Assembly: GCA_026393695.1 (NCBI GenBank) | Contig: JAPKZR010000288.1 | Span: 1-43,158 of the forward strand | DNA: 43,158 nt | Direction: 5' to 3' | Origin: Actinomycetota bacterium | GTDB lineage: Bacteria; Actinomycetota; Acidimicrobiia; Acidimicrobiales; Ilumatobacteraceae | Shown here: in pieces, positions 43,084 to 43,158 of the stretch | How the letters are laid out: each line of letters opens with the position of its first letter | Numbering within the stretch: the stretch's first letter is position 1 | Program-made: the position numbers and the translations under genes | Notes under the pieces: model-generated | Databases searched by the model: none | Told to the model about the DNA's origin: nothing | Seen by the model: only the letters and a program-made list of their open reading frames with translations

Positions 43084-43132
43084 TGCATGGGTGCGGTTTG
43101 GGACAGCAGCTGTCCCAAACCGCGCCCATGCT
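43084..43132. repeat. 49-bp palindromic intergenic repeat, copy 6
   Basis: TGCATGGGTGCGGTTTGGGACA-GCAGC-TGTCCCAAACCGCGCCCATGCT. It has the same G/C compensatory pair as copy 3, plus one T opposite G. It shares the flank CATGCAACGAG with copy 1 in the opposite orientation. Confidence 0.93.
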
Positions 43133-43158
43133 CACGGGTTGGCGGCGCAGGTGTCAGG

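Noticed and set aside
1-43158. CRISPR arrays, tRNA/rRNA genes, transposase or integrase genes
   Set aside because: No regularly spaced direct repeats, no tRNA T-arm/acceptor patterns and no recombinase-like ORFs were seen by eye. A proper tRNAscan, Infernal or ISfinder run was not possible.

Overview
High-GC, actinobacterium-like chromosomal segment (taxonomy is inferred from codon style and gene content only). I call about 37 protein-coding genes and found no rRNA, tRNA or CRISPR by eye. Most of the window is ordinary metabolism and transport: an EF-G paralogue; a fatty-acid hydroxylase, Baeyer-Villiger monooxygenase and aldo/keto reductase group; two P450s; modABC; msrB; a PadR regulator; mgsA; an acyl-CoA ligase; and several lipoproteins.

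Three things are not ordinary.

(1) A 49-bp near-perfect palindromic repeat occurs 6 times, always between genes, and shows compensatory stem substitutions. Two copies, with outward-facing A-tract/G-rich tails, bracket a DUF559 (Vsr-like endonuclease fold) gene. This arrangement resembles REP/RAYT units but with a different nuclease.

(2) At 13.3-20.0 kb there is a compact tailoring-type cluster: an HPr-kinase-like P-loop kinase, two GT4 glycosyltransferases, an NTP_transf_5-like nucleotidyltransferase, a B12-binding radical SAM enzyme and a class I methyltransferase. No recognisable core biosynthetic or substrate gene accompanies it.

(3) Directly next to that cluster are two tandem paralogous ~1,070-aa secreted proteins. 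Each has an unrecognised ~640-aa N-terminal domain with 12 cysteines, followed by IPT/TIG repeats, a PKD-like domain and a terminal Ig-like domain. Both have long leaders that share an AT-rich 11-mer.

All functional assignments come from motif recognition in the supplied translations. No database search was run.
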